DNA from: Candidatus Bathyarchaeota archaeon
GTDB lineage: Archaea > Thermoproteota > Bathyarchaeia > Bathyarchaeales > Bathyarchaeaceae
DNA: 64,000 nucleotides
Assembly: GCA_963697165.1 (NCBI GenBank)
Contig: CAVOMX010000017.1
Location: 1-64,000, forward strand
Direction of reading: 5' to 3'
The position numbers were made by a program, and so were the translations under genes. Position 1 is the first letter of the stretch; each line of letters opens with the position of its first letter. Below are positions 20,576 through 31,328 of this stretch, piece after piece. The notes under the pieces were generated by a model. That model made no database searches. It had not been told where the DNA came from and was given only the letters and a program-made list of their open reading frames with translations.

Positions 20576-20935
20576 TCAAATAGCCGATAAAAGAAGAGCT
20601 TCAATTATCAAGACAATCCCAGTTACAATAAACACTTCCATCTGTTTCTCAATTTCCTTTTGGCGTTTGGCATTCCAAGGTTTAGAATGGAATAAGACTT
20701 CGTCTATCTTGGCAACCGGGGGGGAATATAGGGTTACTGCACCACCTACAATGAGGCCAATTCCCCCTTCAATCAACATAACAAATGAAAGAGTGTATGT
20801 AATCTGATTTGTTCCCCCAATGAGGAAGACAATTAAAATAGCATCTATTGTTATGATGATTAACGAATAAATTGAAGACCTAACAAGAGACTCCAACGCA
20901 GTTTTCCAAACAATCATAGAATATTCTGTCTTCAC
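20576..20935 (-). CDS. Hypothetical membrane protein
   Basis: Three hydrophobic segments. Confidence 0.6.
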   Translation of the reverse strand: MKTEYSMIVWKTALESLVRSSIYSLIIITIDAILIVFLIGGTNQITYTLSFVMLIEGGIGLIVGGAVTLYSPPVAKIDEVLFHSKPWNAKRQKEIEKQMEVFIVTGIVLIIEALLLSAI

Positions 20936-21037
20936 AATTCTATTTAAGATTGGTCAAATCAAATATGAGAGCAGGGGATTGGCTGAAAAAGTTTTTCCTG
21001 TTCTGGGTGAATTCATTAAATTAATGAAAAAGTAGTT

Positions 21038-22300
21038 ATGCAGATTAATCAAACAATTCTGCTATCTATGTCAATTAAAAAAGTCTACGGCTGCTACACC
21101 GGAATACCGAAAGAGGCAAAATATCTAATCTATGCCTCCATAATGCCATCTGTTGCGTACGGCATGTTATTTACTGATCTATCCTTTTTCCTGACTGCTG
21201 TGCAAGGAGTCTCGACTAATTTCATGGGAATAGTCATAACTTCAATGGGTGTCTCTACGTTTGTTGCCAGTATTCTTCTCGGAATTATTGCAGATGTTTA
21301 TGGGCGAAAGAGACTGCTTATTGGCGGTAATGTGCTTGCTAGTGTAATATTAATTGCTTTTGCATTAACAACTGACCCATTGCTATTAATTGCCGCTGCA
21401 ATTGTGGAAGGAATATCTGAAGGTGCCATCTTAGCATCCAGCAACGCTTTGCTTGCAGAAAAAGTGAAGGATGAACAAAGAACCAGTGTTTTTTCATTAT
21501 ATGGTTTTGCACAAAGTATTGCATTCGGTCTAGGAAGTTTTGCAGTATCCGCCGTTTTAGTTTTTGAATTATTTGGATTCACGAACAGAGAAAGTCACAT
21601 CCTTGTTTACATAATAATTGGTATTTTAAGTCTATTTTCAACTCTTATCATGATCAAAGTAAAAGAATCCACGAACCTCAAAAAAATCAAAAAAGGTATA
21701 TCAGATTTGATGCCTGGAAAATCAAAAAAACTTTTGTTTAAGTACGTTTTGACTGGCGCCATAATAGCTTTTGGAGCAGGATTAGTGGTTCCTCTTATGA
21801 CTCTCTGGTTTAATTTGCAGTATGGAATTTCAGACGCAATAAGTGCACCCATCTTGGCAATATCAAGTATACTGATTGGATTGGCAACACTTTATTCGCC
21901 TTTGTTGACAAAAAGACTCGGTCTAATTAAAGCGATAGTCATTACACAGATAGCTTCAACCGTTTTCATGTTCGCTACACCCTTTTCTCCTAACTTTGCA
22001 GTTGCCGGATTTGTATATAGTATGCGTGCGTTGCTCATGAACATGGGAAGCCCGTTGTCTCAGTCAATGATTATGGGTTTAGTTCCGGAAGATGAGCGTG
22101 GAACTGCTTCTGGGATAAGTGGCGCTTTATGGAGACTTCCTAATGCTTTGAGCACATGGATTGGAGCATGGCTTATGGGTATTGGATTATTGTTTGAGCC
22201 CTTCTTTATTGCAGGTTTATTCTACATTATTTCGATAATGTTATTCTGGTTTTTCTTTAGAAGATTGAAAATTCCTGAAGAACAGATTCCGCCCAAATAA
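21038..22300 (+). CDS. MFS transporter
   Basis: ~12 TM segments and motif A GIIADVYGRKR. Confidence 0.9.
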   Translation: MQINQTILLSMSIKKVYGCYTGIPKEAKYLIYASIMPSVAYGMLFTDLSFFLTAVQGVSTNFMGIVITSMGVSTFVASILLGIIADVYGRKRLLIGGNVLASVILIAFALTTDPLLLIAAAIVEGISEGAILASSNALLAEKVKDEQRTSVFSLYGFAQSIAFGLGSFAVSAVLVFELFGFTNRESHILVYIIIGILSLFSTLIMIKVKESTNLKKIKKGISDLMPGKSKKLLFKYVLTGAIIAFGAGLVVPLMTLWFNLQYGISDAISAPILAISSILIGLATLYSPLLTKRLGLIKAIVITQIASTVFMFATPFSPNFAVAGFVYSMRALLMNMGSPLSQSMIMGLVPEDERGTASGISGALWRLPNALSTWIGAWLMGIGLLFEPFFIAGLFYIISIMLFWFFFRRLKIPEEQIPPK

Positions 22301-22410
22301 TTTCATCTTCGTTTAACCCAGTTTGTAACTAGACAAATAATCAAAGATTCTTGTTTTTCAGAAAAACCTTATAACATCAGATCCCACTCTCGAAAATTAA
22401 GGAATAGTTC

Positions 22411-23298
22411 TTGCGAAAACCAAACCTCGCAGCAGGTGATAAAAAAGAAGCAGTGCTGTTCACGATTATAGCCAGCTCTCTGTGGGGCACCTCTTTTCCA
22501 GCAATAAAGATTGGCTTACAGTATATGGATCCTTATACTTTTGTATTCTTGAGATTCTTTATTGCCTCGCTGATGATGTTAGCCATGATTATATTTACAA
22601 AAAATTTCAGCTTTAACTTCAACAAGAAACGATTAATCCTATTCTTGGGTTTAACGAACGGGGTAGCATATCTTTTGCAATATATTGGCATGTTTTACAC
22701 CTTCGCCTCAAAATCATCGTTATTGGTAAACCTCACGGTAGTCTGGGTTGCCTTGCTAAGTCCAATAATATTAAAGGAACAAATAGGCAGAAAAAAATTG
22801 GCAGGCGTGATTCTAAGTCTTCTAGGAATTGTACTTGTAACAACGAACTTAGATTTCCAGTCATTTGGCATGGGAGAGATTATGGGGGATTTACTCATGA
22901 TTGCAGCTGGAATGATCTGGGCGCTATTTATTATATACAATAAGCCGTTGGTTAACGAAAGCAAAAACATGATTCAGTCCTTGACTTGGCTCTTGCTCTT
23001 CACTATGCTACCTTTAATTCCAGTGGTGCCTTTTTCTGCAAAGAATTTCCTAACGTTACCCTGGGAGGCTTGGATTGCAATCATCTATACTGCAATCTTT
23101 TGCTGGATCATACCTTATTATCTTTGGTCTAAAGGATTGAAAAATATTTCACCTGTAACTTCGGCAGTAATTCTCTTGAATGAAATACTAGTTGCCGTAA
23201 CAATTTCAACAATAGTTCTTGGAGAATCCTTGACAGCAATCTCTGGTATCGGAGCCGTTTTTATTATTATAGCAATCATGCTAGTTTCGTATGGATGA
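22411..23298 (+). CDS. DMT/EamA family transporter
   Basis: LWGTSFPAIK, two EamA repeats, ~10 TM segments. Confidence 0.9.
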   Translation: MRKPNLAAGDKKEAVLFTIIASSLWGTSFPAIKIGLQYMDPYTFVFLRFFIASLMMLAMIIFTKNFSFNFNKKRLILFLGLTNGVAYLLQYIGMFYTFASKSSLLVNLTVVWVALLSPIILKEQIGRKKLAGVILSLLGIVLVTTNLDFQSFGMGEIMGDLLMIAAGMIWALFIIYNKPLVNESKNMIQSLTWLLLFTMLPLIPVVPFSAKNFLTLPWEAWIAIIYTAIFCWIIPYYLWSKGLKNISPVTSAVILLNEILVAVTISTIVLGESLTAISGIGAVFIIIAIMLVSYG

Positions 23299-23409
23299 TT
23301 TTCCTTTTTGATTTGATGAATGAATTCATTTTCACAAAATTTTTTTCCTGGGACTCCACTTAGATATCACGGGAACCGCTATATTGCGGATAAAAAAGAT
23401 TAGGTCAGG

Positions 23410-24309
23410 TTGAGACTTGAAATGGAAAAACCAACTTTTAATATTGTAGATGTGTTTGCCGAAGAAAAATTTACAGGAAACCAGCTTGCGGTTTTTAGAT
23501 TTGTAAAAAAATTATCAGATGATCAAATGCAGCGAATAGCCAAAGAAATGAATTACTCAGAAACAACATTCATATTATCAGATGAAAAACAAGACGAGGG
23601 ATACGATGTACGCATTTTTACGCCAGAAATAGAGGTGCCTTTTGCAGGTCATCCAACATTAGGGACAGCTTTTGTGATACAGCACGAAATCATAAAAGAA
23701 CCTATAAACGAGATAGTTTTGAATCTGAAAGCCGGTAAAATTCCCGTTTCCTTCAGTTATGACGGAGAGAAATCATGTAATTTATGGATGAAGCAGCTTC
23801 ACCCGTTATTTGGAGAAAAGTTTGATGCCGAGTTGATCTCTAAGATTTTAAGTCTTGATATAAGCGATATAAATGCAGTCTTCCCAATTCAAGAGGTTTC
23901 AACCGGTCTCCCTGCTGTAATAGTTCCACTAAAAACATTGGATGCAGTGAAAAAAGCCAGAATAAATAGGGACCGGTATTTCGAGTTTATCAAGGACATT
24001 GAAGCTAAAACAATGCTAATTTTTTGTCCAGAAACTTACAATCTCGCACATGACTTAAATGTGAGGTTTTTTGCAGATCATTACGGTATCCCAGAAGACC
24101 CTGCTACGGGAAGTGCAAATGGGTGTCTGGCAGCCTACCTCGTTAAACATCGCTACTTTGGAACCCATCGAATAAATCTTCAAGTAGAACAGGGCTATGA
24201 AATAGGTAGACCATCATTACTTTTTCTAAAAGCGGAGGAGAAAAAACAAGAGCTTGCTGTGTATGTAGGTGGCAAAGTAGAGATGATAGCCAAGGGAGAA
24301 CTTGTATAA
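23410..24309 (+). CDS. PhzF family isomerase
   Basis: Contains VDVFA...GNQLAV, SETTF, EVPFAGHPTLG and EDPATGSANG. Confidence 0.93.
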   Translation: MRLEMEKPTFNIVDVFAEEKFTGNQLAVFRFVKKLSDDQMQRIAKEMNYSETTFILSDEKQDEGYDVRIFTPEIEVPFAGHPTLGTAFVIQHEIIKEPINEIVLNLKAGKIPVSFSYDGEKSCNLWMKQLHPLFGEKFDAELISKILSLDISDINAVFPIQEVSTGLPAVIVPLKTLDAVKKARINRDRYFEFIKDIEAKTMLIFCPETYNLAHDLNVRFFADHYGIPEDPATGSANGCLAAYLVKHRYFGTHRINLQVEQGYEIGRPSLLFLKAEEKKQELAVYVGGKVEMIAKGELV

Positions 24310-24651
24310 AACAACCCGTTTATTTGGTTTGAATAAAAGAGATTAAAAATGATCTATCTCAAAAAGAAAAGAACAAGTTTGCTTATTTTCGTGATAATAA
24401 TATAGTTTTACGGAAGTTGCGTTTTTTCTTTAATAAATCTTTCTTAGCTAACTTTTTTGTCCTATAGATCAATTGTCTTTGCAGCTATAGGCCGGACTCA
24501 GATTCTATTTCCTGTGAAATGAAACAACATGTAACCGATAATAAAGAAGCCTAATTTGAGGTGTGTATAAACCAAAATAATTAATCTAAGGTTGCATATA
24601 AACGAGGTTTCGAATACCTTTTCTTAGCGTATTCCTTTAGAGTGTGAGAAT

Positions 24652-25635
24652 ATGAAGGAAATTCAATTCCGAAATTATCTCCAAGAACGTAAGTTGACCC
24701 CAGAGGAAGCTAATTTGTCTGTGAACTCAATCAAAGAGTTCGAGGACTATCTTGAAAAGAAGAAAATGTCGTTCGAGACTGCAGGATTAGATACGCTTGT
24801 AGAGTATATCTCACTGATGATTGAAGAAGACAAGAACTCGATGAACAGACTCATCGCGATTGCTCGCTACTGCAACATTACTAAGAAAGATGACTACTAC
24901 GTTTATCTAGTATCAATTTTAGGTGCTAGAAATGTGTTGCCTGACATAGGCGAAAGGGTAGCACTTATTTCTGGAGAGGTAGTTCAACATAAAGTCTTTC
25001 AAGGGTTCGAGTTGCCTCCGCTAGGGGCGCCTCCTGAGAACTACCCACAAATCACCAAGATTATTATGGATAGGCTGAAGGCTGAACTTCCCAACGAAAC
25101 CTGCAGGAAGATCCTCACGTGGAACTACCATAGAGTGCCAACTGAGAGCTTCAAGGAGAAGAAAGACCGATTTGAGAAATCCGATAGTATCGACGGATAC
25201 TTGAAAAACGAACATAAGATGTTTGTAGATGAGCTTAAGAAGTTCATGAACGAGGGGAGAATATGGTACGAGCAAGAGATATCCCCTGAAGTTCTAGAGT
25301 TCGTACGGGGTAATCAAGAGATTTGTACAGGTGTCAGACGCGGTAATAGGATCTACCTGACCAAAATACCTTATGCTCCGAAGCAATACCTGGAGGAGAA
25401 GGATTCCGCCTTGAAGAGGTACTACGCCTGTCATTGCCCTCTCGTAAGATCAGCCTTATGTAATGGAAAAATCGAGATATCACATATGTTCTGCTACTGT
25501 AGTGCCGGATATGAAAAAATAGGATTCGACGTAATATTCGAAGAATCAGTTGAAGTAGAGTTGCTAGAGAGTGCACTCAAAGGAGACTCTCAATGTCGCT
25601 TTGCTATTAGAATTCCAAGAGGTAAAATGAAATAA
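24652..25635 (+). CDS. Cys-rich hypothetical protein (DUF6144-like C-terminus)
   Basis: Contains ACHCP...FCYCSAG...ELLES.LKGD..CRF. Confidence 0.6.
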   Translation: MKEIQFRNYLQERKLTPEEANLSVNSIKEFEDYLEKKKMSFETAGLDTLVEYISLMIEEDKNSMNRLIAIARYCNITKKDDYYVYLVSILGARNVLPDIGERVALISGEVVQHKVFQGFELPPLGAPPENYPQITKIIMDRLKAELPNETCRKILTWNYHRVPTESFKEKKDRFEKSDSIDGYLKNEHKMFVDELKKFMNEGRIWYEQEISPEVLEFVRGNQEICTGVRRGNRIYLTKIPYAPKQYLEEKDSALKRYYACHCPLVRSALCNGKIEISHMFCYCSAGYEKIGFDVIFEESVEVELLESALKGDSQCRFAIRIPRGKMK

Positions 25636-25637
25636 CG

Positions 25638-25859
25638 TCAGAAGAAATGATTATTTTTTTGTTTTCCCCATTCAAGCATATTCCAGAATCTTTCATGGAA
25701 GTAATATAGTATCATTGTAATAGCATTGTATATCGTTCCAATTGCTACGGAAACATCAATGTTTCCTGTCAAAAAGTATGCCGTAATAATGCTAACTGTT
25801 ATACAGATAATTCTCCAAAGGATTGATTTTACTAATGACCTTTTTCTTGTTTCTATCAT
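25638..25859 (-). CDS. DUF2061 small membrane protein
   Basis: Contains ETRKRSLVKSILWR and YYFHERFW..WG. Confidence 0.85.
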   Translation of the reverse strand: MIETRKRSLVKSILWRIICITVSIITAYFLTGNIDVSVAIGTIYNAITMILYYFHERFWNMLEWGKQKNNHFF

Positions 25860-25999
25860 GAAATTTATTTTTCGAATACACTCATAATAAGTTTTATCAC
25901 ACCTAATGGCTTTGCTGAGAATCCAAACAAAAATAATTGAGGATTGAAGCTATATTTTATAGCTTAGAACGAGTCATATTTTGAAAGGGATATTGAGAA

Positions 26000-26725
26000 A
26001 TGAGTTTCATTAATTCTTATCAGGATTTTTTTCGTGCAAAAGCTTATGCTAAACTTGAGTTTCCTGGAACATATTATTTGGCATATAGAGATTTGCCAGA
26101 AATCTTAAGTAAATATGTAAGTGGATTTAAAGCATTAGATTTTGGTTGTGGAACAGGTCGTTCCACACGATTTCTCCAAAAACTAGGTTTTGAAGCTATC
26201 GGTGTTGATATTGCAGAGAAAATGATCAATCAAGCAAAAGAAATTGACCCAAATGGGAATTATCGCCTTGTTGAAGAAGATCTTAGTCAGTTTAAAAATA
26301 ATACATATAATCTGGTCTTATCTGTTTTCACATTTGATAACATTCCTACAAAAGAAAAAAAGGTCAATACTTTACAGGAAATTACACGTATTTTAAAAAA
26401 AGGAGGCATATTTATAAATTTGGTTTCATCTCCTGAGATTTATACTCATGAATGGGCATCGTTTTCAACCAAAGACTTTCCAGAAAACAAACATGCAAAA
26501 AGTGGAGATGTTGTCCGAATAATAATTACTGAAATTGATGATAAAAGACCCGTTGAAGATGTCCTTTGGTTAGACGAAGACTATAAAGACGTATTTGAGG
26601 AATCTAAACTTGAATTGATTGCAACTCATAAACCATTAGCAAAAGAAACTGAGATATACAATTGGGTTAACGAAAAAATGATTGCTCCTTGGATAATTTA
26701 TGTACTAAAAGATGGAAATAAATAA
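26000..26725 (+). CDS. Class I SAM-dependent methyltransferase
   Basis: Contains ALDFGCGTG, GVDIA and LKKGG. Confidence 0.9.
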   Translation: MSFINSYQDFFRAKAYAKLEFPGTYYLAYRDLPEILSKYVSGFKALDFGCGTGRSTRFLQKLGFEAIGVDIAEKMINQAKEIDPNGNYRLVEEDLSQFKNNTYNLVLSVFTFDNIPTKEKKVNTLQEITRILKKGGIFINLVSSPEIYTHEWASFSTKDFPENKHAKSGDVVRIIITEIDDKRPVEDVLWLDEDYKDVFEESKLELIATHKPLAKETEIYNWVNEKMIAPWIIYVLKDGNK

Positions 26726-26773
26726 TTCATGAATTTGAAACCTGATTTTGGTATACGAAAGGTGATTTGAAGT

Positions 26774-26911
26774 TTGAATAAGATAGAAGAAATAATAAAA
26801 AGACGAAAAATGGCTTATGCGAAATTTTTATCTTAAAAATCAAAGGTGTATGAAAATTTTCCCCAGTTTGAAGAAGATGAAGTTGTCGAAAAAGGAATAC
26901 TGACAATTTAG
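26774..26911 (+). pseudogene. Possible remnant of a small gene (N-terminus resembles some carboxymuconolactone-decarboxylase-like proteins)
   Basis: AGGTGA SD, then TTG-NKIEEIIKRRKMAYAKFLS*KSKVYENF..., with an internal stop. Confidence 0.25.
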
Positions 26912-26991
26912 ACATAAATCAATGAGGAAGCAATGCGCACGCAACTGAAAAAAATCCAAAAAAATGCAAAGATCCACATATAATGCGGCTT

Positions 26992-27446
26992 TTAGGGAAG
27001 TAGTGCGTAAATCTTTGGAGTAATCAAGGTGTAAACAGTCATTAATAGTGTTCCATAGAATGGATCAATCTAGGATAACGCGTCCTTAAATGGAGCCCCT
27101 AGAATAAACGCCCAAATACCAAATGCTATTGTTGATAGTATGGCTTTCATTATTTGTCCGTCGGTGTTGACTTCACTCGCTTTTAATTCTCTTTTATTGG
27201 TAGCCAGACTGAATACCAAGGTAGCTACTAATCCCATTGCAAACATAACCCAATTGATGTTTTGGTATGGAATTTCCCCCATAACCGATTGTGATGAAAT
27301 AAATATTGCATTATAAAACGTTACTACTTCAGAAGGAACAAATTTCACCAATTGCGAAAGATAGTCGTCCGTTTTTTCTTCGTCCTCTCCCTCTTTCGTT
27401 GGATCGATTATTTTTTCTACATCTTTTCAGTTATAATATTTTTCAT
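26992..27446 (-). pseudogene. Small membrane protein gene with a frameshift and an internal TAG
   Basis: Reconstructs as MKNIITEKDVE...DDYLSQLVKFVPSEVVTFY...ALS*IDPFYGTLL...LLP. One A is missing near 27425 and TAG lies at 27070-27072. Confidence 0.6.
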
Positions 27447-27472
27447 GACCCCTTTGGGATCGAATTCCAAAT

Positions 27473-27501
27473 TGTTTGGGTTTGGGCTTAAAATTTAAGG
27501 C
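27473..27501 (+). repeat. Dispersed motif copy 1: TTGGGTTT-N3-CTTAAAATTTAAG
   Basis: Palindromic core at 27487-27499; 25/28 identical to copy 4. Confidence 0.8.
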
Positions 27502-27702
27502 TTTCAAAAAAGAGGGTTTGGTGGATTATTTTCTGGAGATGTCTTCAGCGGTGACCAGGTCCAGACTAATCTAGAGGACTTTTGGTGACCTGGTCATCCA
27601 TATCACAGATAGCGATTTCAAAGATACTTTAGATCAGTATTCTCAGTTGTGTAGTTATTTCAAAAAATATTGATATTCGGGTCAATTATTGCTCGTTATT
27701 TT

Positions 27703-28434
27703 TTATGTGTTCCCATACTTTTCAAACGATATTATTCCCATAATAACAATCATGACGCTTACTGTGGAAATAATTACCAAATCAAAGAAAAAGTTTGTAT
27801 TCATCCAATTCCCTTCAAAAATCAACTTTAATGCATCGAACAAATAATGACTTGGTACAAACTTGGCGATCTCCTGAGTTGAACTGCTAAGTGGCATAAA
27901 AGTACCAAAAAACATCTGAGGAAGAATAAACAAGAATGAAAGTCCTACACCCATTTCAGGATTTTTTGATAATGTTGCAGTGATAAGCCCCAGACCAACT
28001 GAACTCAAAGCAAATATCCCAGTTACAGGTAACGCCAAAAATATTCCTTCAAAACTACTTTCTGGCCTGAATCCCAATAAATAAGCCAAAACAAGTACTA
28101 CAATCACTTGCACTATTGCTATGATCATGTTAGATATAATCTGACTTCCAATAAATTCTGTTGAAGTCATTGGCGTAGTATTAAGCCTTCTCAATAATTT
28201 CTTTTCCGAAGAAAAGGATTGAGCAACAGTCATAATCAAAAAAATTACTGCGTAAACAACCAAACCGGGAACCACAGAATTTATAGTCATTCCCAATTCT
28301 GGGTCCGAAAAAGTAAACATAAACACGACCGTTAAAAGAGCTGGAAATAGAAGATTCATAAATAGATTGACTGGATGACGAACTAACTTCTTTAATTCCA
28401 CATTGACAAGAGCAGCTAAAGCCTGCAATTTCAT
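27703..28434 (-). CDS. ABC-2 type transporter permease
   Basis: Six TM segments, LRRLNTTP, and PQMFFG..F.P. Confidence 0.88.
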   Translation of the reverse strand: MKLQALAALVNVELKKLVRHPVNLFMNLLFPALLTVVFMFTFSDPELGMTINSVVPGLVVYAVIFLIMTVAQSFSSEKKLLRRLNTTPMTSTEFIGSQIISNMIIAIVQVIVVLVLAYLLGFRPESSFEGIFLALPVTGIFALSSVGLGLITATLSKNPEMGVGLSFLFILPQMFFGTFMPLSSSTQEIAKFVPSHYLFDALKLIFEGNWMNTNFFFDLVIISTVSVMIVIMGIISFEKYGNT

Positions 28435-29373
28435 TCATATTCCCTCCAAGATTCTTCGCCCCGTAATATTCAAAAAGACCTGCTCCAAATTTTTTGCTTT
28501 ATATCTTTCCATAAGTTCCCTAGGAGTTCCTACTTCAACCAGTTTTCCATAATCCATGATTCCAACTCGATCACTCAATGCTTCTGCTTCTTCGATATAA
28601 TGAGTGGTTAAGATAATCGTCTTGTTTTCGCCCTTTAGAGAGCCAATAAATTCCCATGTATTACGACGAGCTCTTGCATCCATTCCAACTGTGGGTTCAT
28701 CAAGAAAAGCAATCTTAGGATCGTTAATTAATGCCATCATCAAATTTAGTTTTCTTAGCATTCCTCCACTATAGCCTCCAGCTTTTCTTTTACTGGCGTC
28801 AGTTAATCCTAATAATTTTAGAAATCTATCTGTACGTTCTTCTATTTCCTTCTTGGATAATGAATGAAGATTCCCAAAAAGTTCAATGTTTTCTCGTGCA
28901 TTAAGGAATGAAAATACTGCGGCTTCTTGGGGACATACACCAATTATTTTTTTCACTTCATCTGGATTCTTTGTCACATCAAAACCAGCAATAAGAGCAT
29001 TTCCACTTGTAGGTTTAATTATCCCGTTAAGAATATTCACTGTTGTAGTTTTGCCTGCACCATTGGGTCCTAGAAGACTGAAAAGTTCACCCTCACCAAT
29101 TACAAGGTTTAAATTATCAACTGCAGTAACATTCTCAAATTTCTTAACAAGATCCTTTATGACTATTATCGGAGCACCTTTAGATATTTTCTTGGACTTG
29201 ACTGGTTTTATTTTATTTAACTGAATGTCATCAACTGTAATATTTAGAGAAAGGAGCTCCACTATGAGTTCCTTAGACCAGTTGTTGGGAATATTAATCT
29301 TCTTCAGAACCGCTATTTGCAAAAGTTCTTCTCGATTCAATCCTTTGAGTAGATTCTTAATATCTGAAGTCAA
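28435..29373 (-). CDS. ABC-2/multidrug-type ABC ATPase with N-terminal extension
   Basis: Contains GPNGAGKTT, YSGGM, FLDEPT and TTHY; ~65 extra aa precede the ATPase domain. Confidence 0.9.
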   Translation of the reverse strand: MTSDIKNLLKGLNREELLQIAVLKKINIPNNWSKELIVELLSLNITVDDIQLNKIKPVKSKKISKGAPIIVIKDLVKKFENVTAVDNLNLVIGEGELFSLLGPNGAGKTTTVNILNGIIKPTSGNALIAGFDVTKNPDEVKKIIGVCPQEAAVFSFLNARENIELFGNLHSLSKKEIEERTDRFLKLLGLTDASKRKAGGYSGGMLRKLNLMMALINDPKIAFLDEPTVGMDARARRNTWEFIGSLKGENKTIILTTHYIEEAEALSDRVGIMDYGKLVEVGTPRELMERYKAKNLEQVFLNITGRRILEGI

Positions 29374-29430
29374 AAAAATCCCACATATTGGTATGTTTTA
29401 ACTTCTATTTACATTTAAGACATTTAACGC

Positions 29431-29458
29431 TTGGGTTTGCAGGTTAAATTTTAACTTG
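29431..29458 (+). repeat. Dispersed motif copy 2: TTGGGTTT-GCAG-GTTAAATTTTAAC
   Basis: Palindromic core at 29443-29455. Confidence 0.75.
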
Positions 29459-29550
29459 AAACTTCTTTTGTCGTTTGATTGATATATAATCTGATGTTAC
29501 TGTTTTCTAGAAAAAAAGAAAAAGGGGAAATTATGGTTTTTGAAAAACCA

Positions 29551-30141
29551 TCATGGTGCAGGTGGTGTGTATATCGCTTCTGGACACTTTAGCCAGTATC
29601 CATACCATGAATTTACTTCGGAAATGTAATTAATCCAACCGTGTCCAATGTTAAGTGTTTGTCCCTCAAAGTCTCCAGTGCCATGGAAAATTCCGTATGC
29701 TTTTGACAGTTGGTCCACGTTATTCAACATAACCAAGCCGTTGCCTTCAAAGCCTGCATCTGCAACTTCATCGTCATCCAAATCAAACGTAAACACATAG
29801 TTGTCTGTAAGAACCACTCTAGCTCCCACCTTTATATTCACGACCTTCCTGTAAACAACGGCATATCCTTCAAGAGTTGAATCATCGTCAAATGTAATGG
29901 TAATGAAAAAATGTTGTTCCAAAACAACATGGATTATCTGACCAGTAACTACAGGTCCTTCGAGTAGAATTCCGTTGCCGCCCCCATCCCCACCATCTGC
30001 AGGGTCTGCCCTATCACGAGTCATGTCTACTGTAACTGCCACTTTGTTTGGTCCGTTTGTTGGTTTTGCATATGCTGGAATAGCAGAGACAATTAGCAAC
30101 GCCAACAACATAATGCTGATAAGCATAATTTTCTTTTTCAT
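29551..30141 (-). CDS. Secreted hypothetical protein
   Basis: ATG at 30141 with a GGTGA SD gives a signal peptide MKKKIMLISIMLLALL..AYA. A hairpin and T-tract follow the stop. Confidence 0.7.
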   Translation of the reverse strand: MKKKIMLISIMLLALLIVSAIPAYAKPTNGPNKVAVTVDMTRDRADPADGGDGGGNGILLEGPVVTGQIIHVVLEQHFFITITFDDDSTLEGYAVVYRKVVNIKVGARVVLTDNYVFTFDLDDDEVADAGFEGNGLVMLNNVDQLSKAYGIFHGTGDFEGQTLNIGHGWINYISEVNSWYGYWLKCPEAIYTPPAP

Positions 30142-30448
30142 TTTTTCACCGCCCCTATGTTCTGTTCCTGAGAAAGATTGACAAAATTGGAGTTTCTGTC
30201 CTCTCCCCCAGTGTGCTAATTTAGAAAATAAACTCATCTTATGTGACATTTAAAGTTAACTAGATGATAGTTCTAGAAAACTCAATATAAATAACAACTT
30301 ATGTTACAGGAGAATACGTCCTTTCCTTTTTACTTGTGTGTTTGGAGTTATGGAGAGGTGTTTTAGTTTCAGTTAACTCTCCACTTTTCCTGAATCCCAA
30401 TGAACTCAACTAGTATATTCAGATTTTGTGATTGTAGTTTGGTGTTAA

Positions 30449-30644
30449 GTGTTGGGTTTCAGTGTTGTCTGTCATGGATGCGATGCTTTACTGTTTGAAG
30501 GAAGGGACATTGATTCCTCTTTACAAGCTTAGGAATAAGACTGACGGAAAATGTCCAAACTGCGGAAGGCGTTTGAGTCTCCGTCCCCTAAGCATAAACT
30601 TTCATAACAAGGAATTAACCACTTCACCATCAACTGAACCCTAA
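30449..30644 (+). CDS. Small zinc-ribbon protein (one +1 frameshift at ~30510)
   Basis: Joining frames gives MLGFSVVCHGCDALLFEGRD.IPLYKLRNKTDGKCPNCGRRLS, with two CxxC pairs. Confidence 0.65.
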
Positions 30645-30760
30645 CACTGCACTCTTTTTTTGCAAAGTTTCCTATGAGCTCTAATATCGTGAGTCGGTAC
30701 GACTGAAGTACCAACATTCTTTGCAGTAGGTTACAAGGAAACAGCAAATATTCGGTATTT

Positions 30761-31207
30761 TTAGCTGAAGAATTCTTTGACTGGAAGGAGTAACCCAACT
30801 ATCCAGAGTATTACTAATATTATGGAACTGGGAAGGTAGAATGCAGTTAAAACATTAGCATTAGTATAGACAAGAATCAATTGTCCCAAAAGAGCAACAC
30901 CGAAAATGACTAATACCGCATACCAAGCCCATTTTTTTCCCCGTCTAAAAGGTAACAATGACATAAAGATTAAACTTAAACTAAGACCCAACATATTCAC
31001 CGCATCAAAATGATATACAAGCGTAATTTTATCCATCAAATTAGAGTTGAAAGCACGAACTTCTGAAATTGTTAATCCAAACAACTCTTGGAATTCTGAG
31101 TCTGATGGAGCTAGGAATAAACTCTGTAAAGCGTATACGATACCACCAATAGCAACAATGACCAGCAAAACAGATGCAACATTCAAAACTCTACTAAATT
31201 CAATCAC
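30761..31207 (-). CDS. Hypothetical 4-TM membrane protein
   Basis: Hydrophobic helices, PFRRGKKWAWY, and a GGGGG SD upstream. Confidence 0.7.
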   Translation of the reverse strand: MIEFSRVLNVASVLLVIVAIGGIVYALQSLFLAPSDSEFQELFGLTISEVRAFNSNLMDKITLVYHFDAVNMLGLSLSLIFMSLLPFRRGKKWAWYAVLVIFGVALLGQLILVYTNANVLTAFYLPSSIILVILWIVGLLLPVKEFFS

Positions 31208-31328
31208 CCCCTTTTAATTGAATATGAGCAGTAGTTCATTTCTTTTGTTTCTGCCTTTAAGACTTGTGTACCAACTTTGCCTGTGTAATAATTTACAGAA
31301 AGAATCTCTCAACTGCTTGAATCTATGA

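Noticed and set aside
27070..27072. Pyrrolysine or amber readthrough
   Set aside because: The gene also has a frameshift, TAG is one change from TGG (Trp), and no pyl genes are in the window.
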